64,000 bases of DNA, taken from Camelus ferus (Eukaryota). The notes beneath the pieces were generated by a model. That model was not told where the DNA came from, did no database searches, and saw nothing but the letters and a program-made list of their open reading frames with translations. The DNA lies in assembly GCF_009834535.1 (NCBI RefSeq), contig NC_045697.1, forward strand, positions 74,526,001-74,590,000, given 5' to 3'. This document shows positions 26,351-39,900 of this stretch, piece by piece; position 1 is the first letter of the stretch; each line of letters opens with the position of its first letter. Made by a program: the position numbers and the translations under genes.

Positions 26351-26885
26351 TGTTAGGTAGTTAGACAAGTGAGGGCACTGGGCAGATAGGTGGAGGGGAG
26401 GGAGGATGGTCAGGAAGATGGCATAATGCCCGCCTCCAGCTTTAAGGGACTTTATTCCCTCTAAATGAGTGCCAGGAAGAAATCGGTTAGAATCCGACAG
26501 CTGGAACTACAGGTAGCAAGAAGAACCTAACCGGACATGACCCAATGCTCATTGTAATATAATTAGCATTGCGGTTTAGGACCCCCATAGGTACACCATG
26601 GGTAAGGACATACGCAAAGAGGACAAATATGACTAGGGATTCCAGGGGCAAGAGCCATCAATCAATCAAAAGACCACCTCTAAGCCAGGGTATAAGAGGA
26701 GGAACAAAGACCGCTGCTTTTCCTCCCTTACATCAGCCCGCCTCCCACTCTTGGAGGTATACCGTTGCTTTGCTAATAAATCCTTTAAAATTTTTTGCTA
26801 CACAGTGTTCCACCTCCTGTCTGAATTCTTATTTTTTGGGTATGATAAGAACTGAGGGCTTTTCCCTTCCCCTTTTGGGGTACCA
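26351..26885 (+). mobile_element. Solo ERV1-type LTR with perfect 4-bp TSD
   Basis: TGTTAG...TACCA termini flanked by AGAC on both sides; CCAAT near 26542, TATAAG near 26691, AATAAA 26775-26780; 535 bp. Confidence 0.9.
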
Positions 26886-28839
26886 AGACTACTGCATAAG
26901 ATTTTTTGAGAGGCTGTATCACACTTTTGACATTAATACTTAAAGAAGTATTTTTTGGTAACTCTTTGGAGGAGGTTTCGAAACAGAGGAGTCAAACAAA
27001 TATCTGGCACCAACTATGCTTTCCAAAAATTTGATATAATTCATTGTTGTCATTTTTAAATAGTCAGATGAACACATGCCCTAAAGCCTGTCCTAATTCA
27101 GGGACTTAATCTAGCTTTTCCATGGAATGCCTCCATTTGTCTTTCTTCACTCAAAATACCAGACCATGACAAACTCCCCTATAGTTAGTTCTCTGATTTG
27201 GTGCGAAGTTATTTCTAGTCATTTCACGGAGCAAAGAGTTCTTTGAAACTGTCACTTTGTGAAGTAGTCTTAATTTCAGCTCTTTACAGAAGACCCAAGG
27301 CTTCTATCCCTATGAACCTGTTGAAACCTCAGTTCCTAGGGCCGATACTGGTATCTGATATCGCACAGATATTTCAGTTCCTCTTCATGGCTGACATCAG
27401 CAACTTCTGTTTCTTTCTTTCAACCTTGATCAAGTATTAGATATTTTTAATATTCTTTTTAAATTTAGTATTTCTATGTTTTGAAAAGGGGATGCAACTG
27501 GCTTAGCTTATTCTGTTGTTGGAAGCTATCTGTTCTAATTGCTAGGATTATAGAATTTTAGAACTGGATAGAATATTAGAGATCTTTTCTTCACTTAGTG
27601 AATTGAGATTTCAATTTATTTATATATCATCAGGTACCAGAGAAGTTTGGCACTTGAAAAAAATTACCTGGGTTATTTCAATTTTTTTCTGTTCATATAG
27701 ATTCTAAAATCTCTAAGCTAGAGATTCAATTCAATTTTACACTTAGCAAGCATCTCTAGTATAGTGAGTTGCTGCAGATAACAAGAGGTATAAATTATGG
27801 ACTCTGACTTGAAAGGAGTTCATATTTTAAACAAGGGTTCCAAATGTTAACAGATGACTGCAAAATGATGTTATAAGTCTATTATTAGAAGCATGAATGG
27901 AATGCTTTGATAGATTTGAGGCTCTTAATGCAGCACAGGGAAATCAGAGAAGACTGGAGGATATGCTACTGTGCTGGATTATGAAGCATTTATAAATGTG
28001 TGTGTGTGAGCGTGTGTGTGTTTATGGGGCTAGTGGTGACAGTTAAGGGCATTCTAGGCAGAAGGAAGAGACTGCTGATATTAGAAACAGTGCTGTTAGT
28101 GACAGTGCAGGAGTCAATAACATTAAAAAGGACCTCTACAGTTCATGGGTTATATAGGTTTAGCTCAACAAACAGTTGTTGAGGTCAACTTTGTTGAAAC
28201 CACCTGCCATTGAATAAAATGCCCTGCATGTAAACATAACAGTGATTGTATGTTTTCTTGCTTTCCTGTTGAGAATATTAATATTATTTGTAATTTGGAT
28301 GTTTAAACAAATTCCTTTTTTTTTTTTTTCAAAATAAGCCTAAATGTATCAGGTTTTAAGAAAGACAAATGCAAAATTGTGATGGAGGTTGGCTACTATT
28401 CTCTCTCACACAGCTCTCCTCACAACACTCAGTCTTCATCCTCTCTCACTACCTACCACCCCATTCAGTTTAAGTCTCTGCTCCACCATCTTCTTCTGCT
28501 TTCTCAGTAAGGCAAAGTTAAGACTCAGAGCCACTCCTTCTAAATGATCATCAGTGCTGCACTATGATTTGGAAGTCAAATAAGTCATCAAAGATGAAAG
28601 ACAGGAGGACTTATTTTCCTAAACATGATAGATGATAGCCCAAAAATGCTGTTAGAGAAATTATGGTGAAAATTAATTTTCTCATTAACTCTCATATGTT
28701 TTTCTTTGTATAGTATGTAGAGATCACAGAATAATATAACCATTGATTATGTCGGTGTCTTATACACAGTAGGTATTCAAAACGTATTTGGTGAATGACT
28801 GAATATAATTTAATTGAGCAAAACAAACAAAACAACATG

Positions 28840-29100
28840 GCTGCTGGGACAATTGATATCCACATGAAGAATGAAGTTGGATATCTATCTCACTTCATGG
28901 GCAAAAATTAAAGACTTCGGGAGGGGTCAATGGGGAATAACTTCTAATAGGTACAGGACTTCTTTCTTGGGCTTTGAAAATGTTCTGAAATTAGGTAGTA
29001 CTAATGATTGCACAATTTTGTGAGTATACTAAAAAACACAAATTGTATATTTTAAAAGGGTGAATTTTATGGTCTGTAAATTGTATCTCAATAAAAAAAT
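28840..29100 (+). mobile_element. Old L1 fragments (short ORF2 piece plus L1MB-like 3' end)
   Basis: gctgggacaattgatatccacatg..aatgaagttgga; aaatgttctgaaattag..tgtatctcaataaaaaaa. Confidence 0.8.
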
Positions 29101-29129
29101 AGATGTCAAAAATCCCCAAAGATTTTTGA

Positions 29130-29978
29130 TCCCTACAGAATGGGATAAAATATCTGCAAATGATGCAACTGACTAGGGACTGATTTCCAAAATATACAAA
29201 CAGCACATACACCTTAATATTAAAAACACAAGCAACCCAATCAAAAAGTGGGCAGAAGACCTAAACAGACATCTCTCTAAAGAAGACATACAAATAGCCA
29301 ACAAGCACATGAAAGATGCTCAATATCACTGATTGTTAGAGAAATGCAAATCAAAACTACAATGATATATCACCCTACACCAGTCAGAATGGCCATCATT
29401 AAAAAGTTTACAAACAATAAATGCTGGAGAGGGTATGGAGAGAAGGGAACCCTCCTACACTGTTGGTGGGAATGTAAATTGGTGCAGACATTATGGAGGA
29501 CAGTATGGAGGCTTCTTAAAAAACTAAAAATAGACTTACCATATGATTCAGCAATCCTACACCTGGGCATATCCCAGAGGAAAATATAATTCAAAAAGAC
29601 ACATGAATCCAAATGTTCATAGCAGCAGTATTTACAATAGCCAAGACATGGAAACAACCCAAATGTCCATCAACAGATGACTGGATAAAGAAGATGTGGT
29701 ATATTTATACAATAGAATACTACTCAGCCATAAAAAAGAATAAAATAATGCCATTTGCAGCAACATGGATGGACCTGGAGATCGTCACTCTAAGTGAAGT
29801 AAGCCAGAAAGAGAAAGAAAAATGCCAGATGATATCACTTATATATGGAATCTTAAAAAAGGACACAAATGAACTTACCTACAGAACAGAAACAGACTCA
29901 CAGATATAGAGAACAAACTTATGGTTACCAGTGGGCAAAGGAGGTGGGAAGGGATGAATTGGGAATTCGAAAATTGCA
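29130..29978 (+). mobile_element. Young L1: ORF2 C-terminus plus partial 3' UTR
   Basis: ORFs [28 protein letters not shown] and [31 protein letters not shown] are L1 ORF2 C-terminal sequence; frameshifted. Confidence 0.95.
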
Positions 29979-30130
29979 CCTCTTGGGGACTGATGGAAAT
30001 GTTAGCTATCTTGATTGCTGTAGTAATTTCATTGGTGTATACATCTATCAAAATTCATCAAATTGTACATTTAAAATATGTGCAGTTTACTGTACAGGAA
30101 CCATACCACAATAAAGGTGTAAAAAAAAAC
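29979..30130 (+). mobile_element. Old L1 (L1MC/ME-like) extreme 3' end
   Basis: gatggaaatgtt..tatcttgattg..tcaaaattcatcaaattgtaca..aaatatgtgcagttt..caataaag, A-tail. Confidence 0.8.
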
Positions 30131-30292
30131 CCCAAAACACACAGCAACAATAAAACCATGGTCCAGAAAGTTAAACTGAGGCTCTCAATGAAATGTTCTA
30201 CCTAGGTAGTCCTAACACTGAAGAAGAAAATAAGTTAAATATGAAAGAACATATTTTAGTTAAAACAAATTGAAGATAGTCAAAAAGATGTA

Positions 30293-30450
30293 CTGTATTT
30301 TAATAATTCTAAGATGCGTATTTTTCACATTTCTGAAATGGAAATGAATCTTACAATCTTATAATTATTCAGTTTATTTGGCTGAATTTTTTCTTGCTTT
30401 ATGGTAAATTTGGTATATATCTTAGCATCCATGAAAAACTTAATTTTTAA
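30293..30450. mobile_element. MER96B-like hAT DNA transposon remnant
   Basis: ctgtatttt..attctaagatgcgtatttttcacattt..tcttacaatc. Confidence 0.55.
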
Positions 30451-30456
30451 GAATAA

Positions 30457-31010
30457 TGTCGCAGAGGCTGCCAGCTGTCTTTTAATATGTATTCTACTCT
30501 TCCTACCCAGTAGTAAATTTTTTTTACTGAGTAAATGGCTGTCCAGCCAAAATTATATTCCAAGGTTTCTTGATAGCTAGTTGTGGCCACGTGTCTAAGT
30601 TCTGGTCAGTGATATCTAAGCAGAAGGAATATGTGCACCTTCTGGTTTCTGCCGTTAAAGAGAAGGAGCATGCTCTCCCTTTTCTCCTTCTCTTTTTTCC
30701 TCTCTGCTGATTTTTTTCTTTCCCCTCTTTTTTTTTCCCTCCCTCCTCCTTCATTTCCTTCCTTCTAAATTGCAGATGTGATGGTGGCAGCTGAGTGGCC
30801 ATCTTGACCCACAAGATAGAAACCAAGTAGTGAGGGTAGTAAAGCAATGAGAAAGACACCTGGGTTCTTAATGATTATGGAATCAACATACTAGCCCTAG
30901 ATTGACTATGTAGACTTTCATGTGAGAGAAAAATAAAGATCTAGTTTGTTAAAGTCACTCTTACTTTGGGTTTCTCTGCCACAGGAGCTGAATAAATATT
31001 CTCTATAATA
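30457..31010 (+). mobile_element. Old MaLR LTR (MLT1J-like)
   Basis: tgtggccacgtgtctaagttctggtcagtga, gccatcttgacc, atgtgagagaaaaataaa. Confidence 0.8.
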
Positions 31011-31119
31011 TGAATGATTTCTGACTTTCATTTTTCTGGAAGTAAACTATTATTATTTTCTTCAATAAGGTAATTTTTTCTCCCTTTAAACACACACACA
31101 CAAACACACACACAAACTT

Positions 31120-31605
31120 GTCTGGGCCAAAAATGAGTTATCAAATGTAGCATATACTTATAAGGAATGTATTGTGAATAGCTTTTCACTTTTCATTATC
31201 ATGGAAGGATGATTTCAGCCCACATTCAGTCTATATTTCTGAAGAATACCTTTGTTAGGACTGTCTGTTCAGTGCAATGGAAGACAGCTTTTTCAGTGCA
31301 ACTGAGATTTCTTGATAATGTTAAATTTGCCTCATCAGCTGAATCCTTCTGGCTTTGTGGTGATGTGGTAAAAATACTTGACTGGATTTCACTGTTAAGA
31401 AGATTCTTTCAGCAATATATGTACGGTTAAATTTGCTGCCTGGATAGCTGAATATTTGGGTGATGAGATTTTTAAAAAGTGTCTCATGACAAAACTTGAT
31501 GGAAATGCAACAATCTGGAAGTCCAGTTGTGTCTCAGAGCAGTGAGGTGTGAAGAGTTGTGAGGGGGGCTCCACTCTGCCCTTTTGATGGCCACACTCTT
31601 GTTCT
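31120..31605 (-). other. TBCK: TBCK 3' UTR (proximal part; end uncertain)
   Basis: Unique sequence following the stop codon. Variant poly(A) hexamers at 31192-31197 (AATGAA) and 31168-31173 (AATACA) precede a GU-rich tract at 31090-31117. Confidence 0.6.
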
Positions 31606-31806
<201 letters not shown>

Positions 31807-34800
31807 CTACTTTAATGACATTATTGCTTTCACTGTTGTATCAACAAATCATTAATTTGGTTTTTAATATAAATGAAATTCCTCTTTTATATGTTGACAA
31901 ATAATATATCTCTGCTATGGGAGAAATGTGTCTCTTTAGTTCTCTTTTAAATTTGTTTGACTAGGCAATAAATATACATGATAAACAATTCAAATACTAT
32001 AAAAGGGTACATACAGTGGGCTGTAAACTCCTCCTACCTCTGGTCTCAGTCCCCCCTCTCCAGAGGTCATTACTATTCCTGGTTTTCATGTATCCTTCCA
32101 GTGAGTCAAAAAATTCTCAAGCCTATATTTTGAATAATTTTTGGTATTATTTTCAACATTAGTTATTGCAATTACCTTCACAATGTCCCAAAGAGGGCCT
32201 AAAAATGGGTTCTAACATGTTTTTGGAGCAACTGCAATGAACAGTTTGAGACCATAAACTTGGAATGAATTTGAAGGTCTGTTCCAAGGAGTCTTCCAAG
32301 TGCCTAGCAAGGCAGGGCTTTGAAAAGTTATCAAGACATATACATGTATCTCCCTGACTTGGCCCATATCTATCTATCCAGGATCGCTGACTGTCTTTCT
32401 TCACTCCTTATACATAACGACGAAGCAGTCCTAAACTGCAATCAATCCCTGATAAATGGGATCACTTTAGGAATCAGAGCCTTCGGCTATGCACCCTCTG
32501 TTGGAAACATGTTCCATTTCCCACCAGCTCCTGGCCTCTTTTTTAGTTTCTCCTCAAAAGAACCCTTCCCCATCATCTGCCTAATTTCTATTTACTTCCC
32601 AATTCAGGCAATTCCTTGTCTAGGACGTAAGTTTCCATTAGGGGCCCCTCTTGGTCCCCCACATTTCATGTGCAAATCTCTATCTTTGGCTTACCACATT
32701 TATTTAAATTGCCCATTAGGAGCCTGCTTCCGCTAGCAAACTGTAAACTCCCTTAGAACAGTGAGTTTGTTGTTTCTTTTTATCCCTAGTGCATGACAAA
32801 TGGCAGGGGCTCAATATATGCCTGTTGTTCCGAACTAAACTATGATAAAGGACAAATAACCGAGGGCAAAAGGGTGAAGTCAAGGAGGTGTTCTGGCTCT
32901 CTGGCCATTCCATCTCTATAGGTGGTGTCCTATTCCTCTTCCTTGGGTGTTTATGTCCTTACGTTCTTCTCAATTACTTTATCATAATCTGATCTCAGAT
33001 ACTTCAAAGAAAATGACCAGTACCTACTCATAGTGCTATTGCCTCTTGGGAGTTTTGAAGCTCAACACTGGTGAAGGCTTAAGGCAGTAGTCTAGACTTT
33101 ATGGTTCAAAAGAATCAGTTAGCCTCATGCAGAGACTCTGCTATATCGATCTGGGGCTCAGGAATGTGTTTTGTTTTTGTTTTTGTTTTTGTTTTTATTT
33201 TTAAACAAACATCATTAGATGATTCTAAAGCAGGTAGCTTGTGGACAATATTTTGAAAAATATTATCTTAAACCAAAAAGACAAAGGTCTCAGCAAGTAG
33301 GTGAAATAGATGTTGCTGGACTCGGATCTTAGCTGTCTTCAACACAACTCACATAAATGCACCTCAGTACTGCTGACCCCACTTATCCTCTCCATCATTC
33401 TCTGTCATTCCTTAAGAGAGATTCAAATGGCTGTTCACATTTCAGAGCCTAAACTCTTTTAGAGCCACCTGAGGTTATCCACAGTAGTAATTAATGTTGA
33501 AGAGAAATTATGCACCTGTGTTTCAAAAGGTATCAAGTGAGCTAGAGTGCCAATGTGAGCTGTTCTTCATCCTGTTCTCACTTATTTCTCTTTGAACCCC
33601 AGTCCTTAAGAACAGAGGCACCAGAATCATCTGCCCGAGTCATGTGCAGGCAGCACAGTCCCTGGTACCGTATGATTACTGAAACACCTTGGCTTCATTC
33701 CCCCACATGCAGCAATACAATTACCATTTAGGTCAGAATTCTAAGATAAACACACCATTACTCAAAAGGGCTTGTGGATAAGCAGTCTTGGCATTCAGCA
33801 CTTTCAAAACACTGTAGAAGTCAGAAAATGAGTAAGAAAGAACTTACTGTACATTTAACTAATCTCTCTTAAACTATGCTGCAGAGCTGGAAAGCATTCC
33901 CACTGTTATTGTAATGAGAGACATAACAGCCAGGCTGCTATTGAGCTGGAAAATGGTAAAGACAAAGCAGGAAGGACAGAGCATTTTGGAATAATCAGGC
34001 TGCTGCAATGTGGGAGGTCTAAGAAGAAAAGCAGAAATGGAATACAAGGAGATGGTAAATGTTTAGGTGCCTTGAAAAGAAGCAAGCCTGTGCTTAAGTA
34101 AAGAAAAGAGCAAATGTTGAGTTTTCAGGTTAAGATTAGGAGTTCTGCTCCCCCAGTTCTCAGCTTGTGGTTCCAATTCTCCATGGTACATATTGGTCCT
34201 TAACAGTGAAGCCATGACTGCATCTTTCCACTCCTACCACGAAAACAGCTCTTCTCCATCTATTCATTCATTTATCAAACATTTCACTGAGCACCTACTA
34301 AGTGCCAGGCACTGTTCCAGTTTTTGCAGTGCTTCCAGTTCAGTGGAGGAGATAGGAACAAACAATATCAAGCAGTTTGGCTATTATAAAAGCAGAAGTT
34401 CAAGGTACAATGAATTTAACAGGAGTTAGAGGAGCTGTTGCCATCTCTCCATTTCTCTTTCATTATTGAGAACACCTGGAGGGAAAGAGAACCCAGATGT
34501 GATGGCCACAGTTGTTACACTGATCCAGTAGTGCACTCTGAGGCTATAGCTTGACAGGTTAGGGAGGAAAGAAAGAGCTGTGACTTCACTGTGTGAAAAA
34601 AGCCACATCGCTCATGGGGAAGATGCACAGTGGAATAGAGTAGAACCAGGCATGCAAAGTTCAGGGTTTTAGCCATCTTTTACTCTCCATCTGGCACTGG
34701 CAGCTTTACTGAGTAAACAGACAGGGTACTGGACTTTGGTGATAAACAGCCTGGTGTAGACTGCAGCTGCAGCTTTGGGACAGGTCTGACTCCAAATGGA

Positions 34801-36635
34801 AATCACAAACCTGGACTTACTGAGCAGTGTGCCTGGTGGAAGTGGCAAGACATCATATTGGACAAGTGTTATGAAGCCATCAGAATCATTCATATGCTTT
34901 TGGTGAAGTGACATCCATGCCCTCTCCAGAGCAGTAATAAGTAGTTTCTTGGGATGAAGCTCCAGTATCATTTTTATTTTCTTCACCTGGAATCCTAGAT
35001 GATTCTATCGTGTAGTCAGCATCGAGACTCACTTTATTAGATAACGAGATTCATTTGCTGGTCAGTTTTGTCTGGGACCTCAAATTGCAATTTTTTTAGG
35101 TATAGTCTTGTGTGGAGAGCAAGTCACTTTGCACTGAAGAGGTACCATGTTGTAGGGCTGGAATTTGTGGGACCAAATCCTGTGTGGAGACAATGGGGTT
35201 GTTCAGATTGCACAGCCAGCTGAGATCTAGAGGGCAATACCCTCTGTGGAGTTGGAGAATCTGGTATTTGCTAGGAGAGAATTTTGGGAATCACAGACTG
35301 TATGGGCAACTGCATTTCTTGTGGGAAGTACTCTCACGTGGAGAGGGCAAAGCTCTTGCATTTCTGTCATTCCTCTGGTTAGTGGGATCTGGTGGTGGTA
35401 TTCATTTCCAAGGCTTGGGTAGGCACACCCCAAGTCAGCACTGTCTGAAAGTGGCAGGCTCTTTTGGGTGTCAAGCCATCTTTTCTCTTTTTATCTTGCA
35501 TCTTAGCTTGCACTAAGAGGGTGGCATGTTTGTCCAGAGGAAGTCAAGTTCTACTTGTAGCAGAAGAATGAATAGAGTAAGGGAATTTTTCATCTGCCAT
35601 GGAGTACTGCAGGGTAACTAAGGCCAAGAAATCAAAGCTAAGAATGGGTAAGGTTCGGGAGGGGCACAGAACAGGATCATATTGCTTCTCACTGGGTGTC
35701 CTAGGGCACAGTTTTTGGTAGAACCCATAGTAGCAGCAGGAAGCTAAGAAAACTAGACTTCTGCAAGATTCTGCAAGGGGCACATTGCAGGACAATTGTT
35801 TCTTGATGTGAAAATTTGGCCTTGTCAGTTAGTTCATTTTGGAGACTGGACAATGGGCATGAACTGACCAACTCCCTGGCGAAGCTCAAACTGAGAAATC
35901 TCTCTCATCCATTTTATTCTTCCATTTCTTTTCCGCCAAATATTAAATTTGGGGTAATACCACTTTTGGCTGGGTATGAAACCGAATAAGAGAACTGTCA
36001 ATTATCCTTTAATGAGCAGCTGTAGTAATTAGATTTTCTTGGTTTTATAGATGTGATTCATCTTACATGTCCTCTTGAACCTCTGAAATGCTGATGATAT
36101 GGTGCACATTTAATATTTCTGGCACTGTGCGGTTGAGACTATGATGATACTTTATGCCAATTATGTACCTATACCTAAGAGTTTGGCTGGACAATCTCAG
36201 GTAAGCATATTTGAGATGAGAAATAGAATATGGGGTGATTTTTCCATCTAGGGTACAGTGTGGCCTTGGGTCAAGTATAACTCAAGTGCTATCTTATTCT
36301 GATTATTCATGAGATTTCTTGGGTCTTTAATAAATGTCTTGATCATTTTAATTGCCCAACTCAGTGACCTCAAATGGAAACATAAGAGCTGTGACAAGGG
36401 TTAATAGGAAAGAGGTAGAAATGATTTAATTAATACTCCACTGATCTCTTCCCTTAATTATACAGTTAAGTATGACTTTAAAATGTCATTTTTTGTTTCA
36501 ATTCTTATTGTGTTCCTCCCATAACTGAGAAAAGTATTCTGTCTCCAGCTAGTTTTCTGTACTCAGATATCTTACAGTGGACACACTGACATTTATTTTC
36601 TTAAGTTTATTTTCATAAATAGACCACATAAGAAA

Positions 36636-37407
36636 ACCCTTGTACACTGTTGATAGGAATGTAAATTGGTACAGACATTATGTAAAACAGTAATGGAGGT
36701 TTATCAGAAAATTAAAAATAGAACTACCATATAGTCCAGCAATCACACTTCTGGGTATGCATCCAAAGGAAATAAAATGGATCTTGAAGAAGTATCTGTA
36801 CTCTCATGTTTATAGCAGCATTATTCACAGAAGCCAAGACATAGAATCAACCTAAATGTCCATTGACAGATAATGGATCAAGAAAATGTGGTAGATATAT
36901 ACAGTGGATTATTATTCATCCTTAAAAAAGGAAATCCTGCCATTTATGATAACATAAATGAAACTGGAGGGCATTATGCTAAGTGAAATAAGCCAGACAC
37001 ATAAAGACAAATACTGCATGATTTCACTTACATGTAGAATCAAAAACAGTCAAACTCACAGAAGCAGAAGTAGAGCTGTGGTTGCAAAGGGTGAAGGGTG
37101 TCTATGTGAGGAGATGGGCAGATGTTGGTCAAACGGCACAAAGTTTCAGTTATGCAAGATGAGTAAGTTCTGAAGGTCTAATGTACAGCATGGTGACTAC
37201 ACTCACTGTACATAGCAAGTATAACAATTATTTGATTTGCTAAGAAACAAAAGAAAATGATAACTATGTGAAGTGATGGATATGTTAATTAACTTGATTT
37301 TGGTGATCATTTCATAATGTATACATATATCAAAGCATCAAATTGTACATCTTTAACATAAACAAATCTTCTGTGTCAATTATACCTCATTAACACTTAA
37401 AAAGAAA
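36636..37407 (+). mobile_element. L1 (L1MA-like) 3' end
   Basis: MKLEGIMLSEISQTHKDKYCMISL; aagtttcagttatgcaagatgagtaagttct; gatggatatgttaattaacttgat. Confidence 0.9.
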
Positions 37408-37989
37408 GTACTATATAAGGTGAGAAACCAGTTTTCATAGTACTAACATCTAATAACAATTAGGCCATGGCAATCTTATTTTCTTATTTCATTCACAGAA
37501 GTAAAATCAGCAGCAGAGCAAAACCAAGAAGGTAGACACAAGGCCAGGAATCATCTCACACCCCACCTCAGGCGCTTGACAAGTAAGCAGCAGAACAGGT
37601 AATTCCAGGGTATTATTCTAGTAGGTTATATACTGGAATATGGTTAATTATGCAACAAGAAAAAAAAAGGGAGCATTTACAAAAATAGCCACTATATAGT
37701 CTAAGCTTTCTGGTCCATGTTTATTTTAGAGATAACTATTCTAATGGTGTCTGAGATATTCAGAATCCATGCTATGGTGTACATTAGTCTTCTATTTTTG
37801 GAACCAATCTTTGGGATTAGGAAATTTGATAGTGTGAAGATTTCACCTTAAAAAACATTTTTAAAAATAATTTGTGTTATATAAGGGGACATATAAATAA
37901 TTAAAGTACACTTAACTCGATGTGTTTTCTTGTTTTAATTTTCTGTTGCCTATAATTTCTGTCTCCATTTCATCTCTTCCCATTCTCTT

Positions 37990-38480
37990 TCTCTCCTTAT
38001 CCTTTTATGAAGAAAAATGTCCAAAAAATATAAAAATAGACAAGAATGCTATAATGAGCCCTTAGGTATCCAACACCCAGCTTCTACAATTATACCTCAT
38101 AGCCAATTTATGCCATTTATTCCTCCTACTCACTCCTCTCAACCACATGTATTGTTTTGATGTAAATTCTGTATATCATTTAGCATATAAATATGTATCT
38201 GAAATAAGATGACTCCAAAAATATAACCACAGTACCATTATCACACCTAGATTAAGTTAACAGTAATCCCTTAATATAATAAAATATTCAGTAAGTGTTC
38301 AAATTTCTAATTAGTTCATAAATGTCATCCACTCATTCATTCATCATCCATCCATCTGTCCATCCACCCATCATCCACTTGTCCGTATTTGCAATCTGTT
38401 TATTTGTACCACAGTCCAAACAAGGTCCACACATTGTGGCTGATGCATGCCTTTTAAGTCTTCTTTAATATTTATAGGTT
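37990..38480 (-). mobile_element. Old L1 (L1MC-like) 3' end, antisense
   Basis: cacccagcttc, ataaccacagtaccattatcacaccta, tccaaacaaggtccacacattg. Confidence 0.7.
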
Positions 38481-38519
38481 TGTTTTCTCTACCTCTTTTC
38501 ACTTCTTTGTCGGAAGCCC

Positions 38520-39900
38520 ATTCTCTCTCGTGCACACTCCAATCAGACTTTTGTTACCATTATCTCTCCCCAAATACTCTTATAAAGGTCAGCAATAATA
38601 TCCACATTGTCACCTTGTCAACCCAATTTTAGGACTCAATCTGAATCTGACCCATCATCATCATCATCAGCTGACACATTTGATTATACTCTCTTCTTTT
38701 CAACCAGTCTCCCCCAGTTCTCCTACCTACCAGCTGATCTTTCTGGTCTCCTCTGGTGGATGTTCCTTATCTTCCTGACTTCTGCTCCACGGCTATCTTC
38801 TAACTTCTCTTCTCTATCTACATTTATCCCCTAAGTGATTTCATCTAGTCCTTTGGCTTTAAATTCCATCTATACATTGCTGACTTCAAATTTATGTCTT
38901 TTGCTTCTTTCTTGAACTCTAAACCCATAAAACCATTTCTTCAATATATCCACTTAGATGTCTAATAAGCTTCTTTAACAGTTTCAAAGGACAACACATG
39001 ATTCCTACCCTATCTCTACCTCCAAACACCTCCTGAAGTCTTCCCCATCTTGGGATACGGCAACTCCAATCTCTTCCAGTTTTATAAGCAATAAATCTGA
39101 ATATGTATTTCTTTTTTTTCTCTACTAATGTATCATATAGTCTCTAACTTTCAAAACATACCCAGAATCTGATCATTTCTAACCACCTCTGCTATTGCCA
39201 AACTAGCGTAAGCAACCATTATTTCTTACCTAGATTATTATGTGTATTATCCTAACTGGTTTCTCCTGCTTCCATCCTTGTTCCAATGGCCTACTGACCA
39301 CATAACAAGTGATCCTTTAAAAATGTAACTCAGATTATAAAACCTCCCTTTCCAAAGCAATTTAATCGCTTCTTGTTTTACCCAGAATAAAATCTAAAGC
39401 CTTACCATGGTCTATAAGGTCCCTCATGATCTGAAAATCTGCAAATCTACAAACACTTCTTCCACAGCCCCCTTCCTCAGATTGTCTGATTTCATCTTTC
39501 AATTTACGCTACCAACACCTCTTACTTAGACTCGCAATAACTTCTTGTCTGCTGCTTCTAAACTCATCCCCCACAGTCTTTCTCTACATGGCAACCAGAA
39601 TTATTTTCTTTAAACAAGTCAGGTCATATAAAAACTTTTGTTTCCCCACGTTCTAGAGCTTTTCTATCTCACGCAGAATAAGGACTTCCTGGATCACCTT
39701 ATAAAGAAAATAAGCCACCGGGCAATCTTTTCACTCATTCTGCCTTATTTTTCATTTCATTTTATAACCACTTGATGTACGTGTGTTTGTTTATTGACAG
39801 TCTCTCCCAATATATTATAAGCTCCATTAAGGTGAGCATTTTGTTTCACTGCCAAGAACAGTGCCTAGTACATCACATTTGCTCTAATATCTGCTGAATG
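38520..39900 (+). mobile_element. L2 LINE fragment(s)
   Basis: ctccaatcagactttt, ggctttaaattccatctata, cagaatctgatcatttct, aacagtgcctagtaca..tgctgaatg 3' end. Confidence 0.85.

Noticed and set aside
26569..26943. 124-aa plus-strand ORF
   Set aside because: Lies almost entirely within a solo LTR, has a non-ATG start and resembles no protein I recognise.
34450..35900. 105-aa and 134-aa ORFs in a GC-richer intronic patch
   Set aside because: No recognisable protein; the sequence looks like ancient LTR and MER5-like remnants that I cannot classify confidently.
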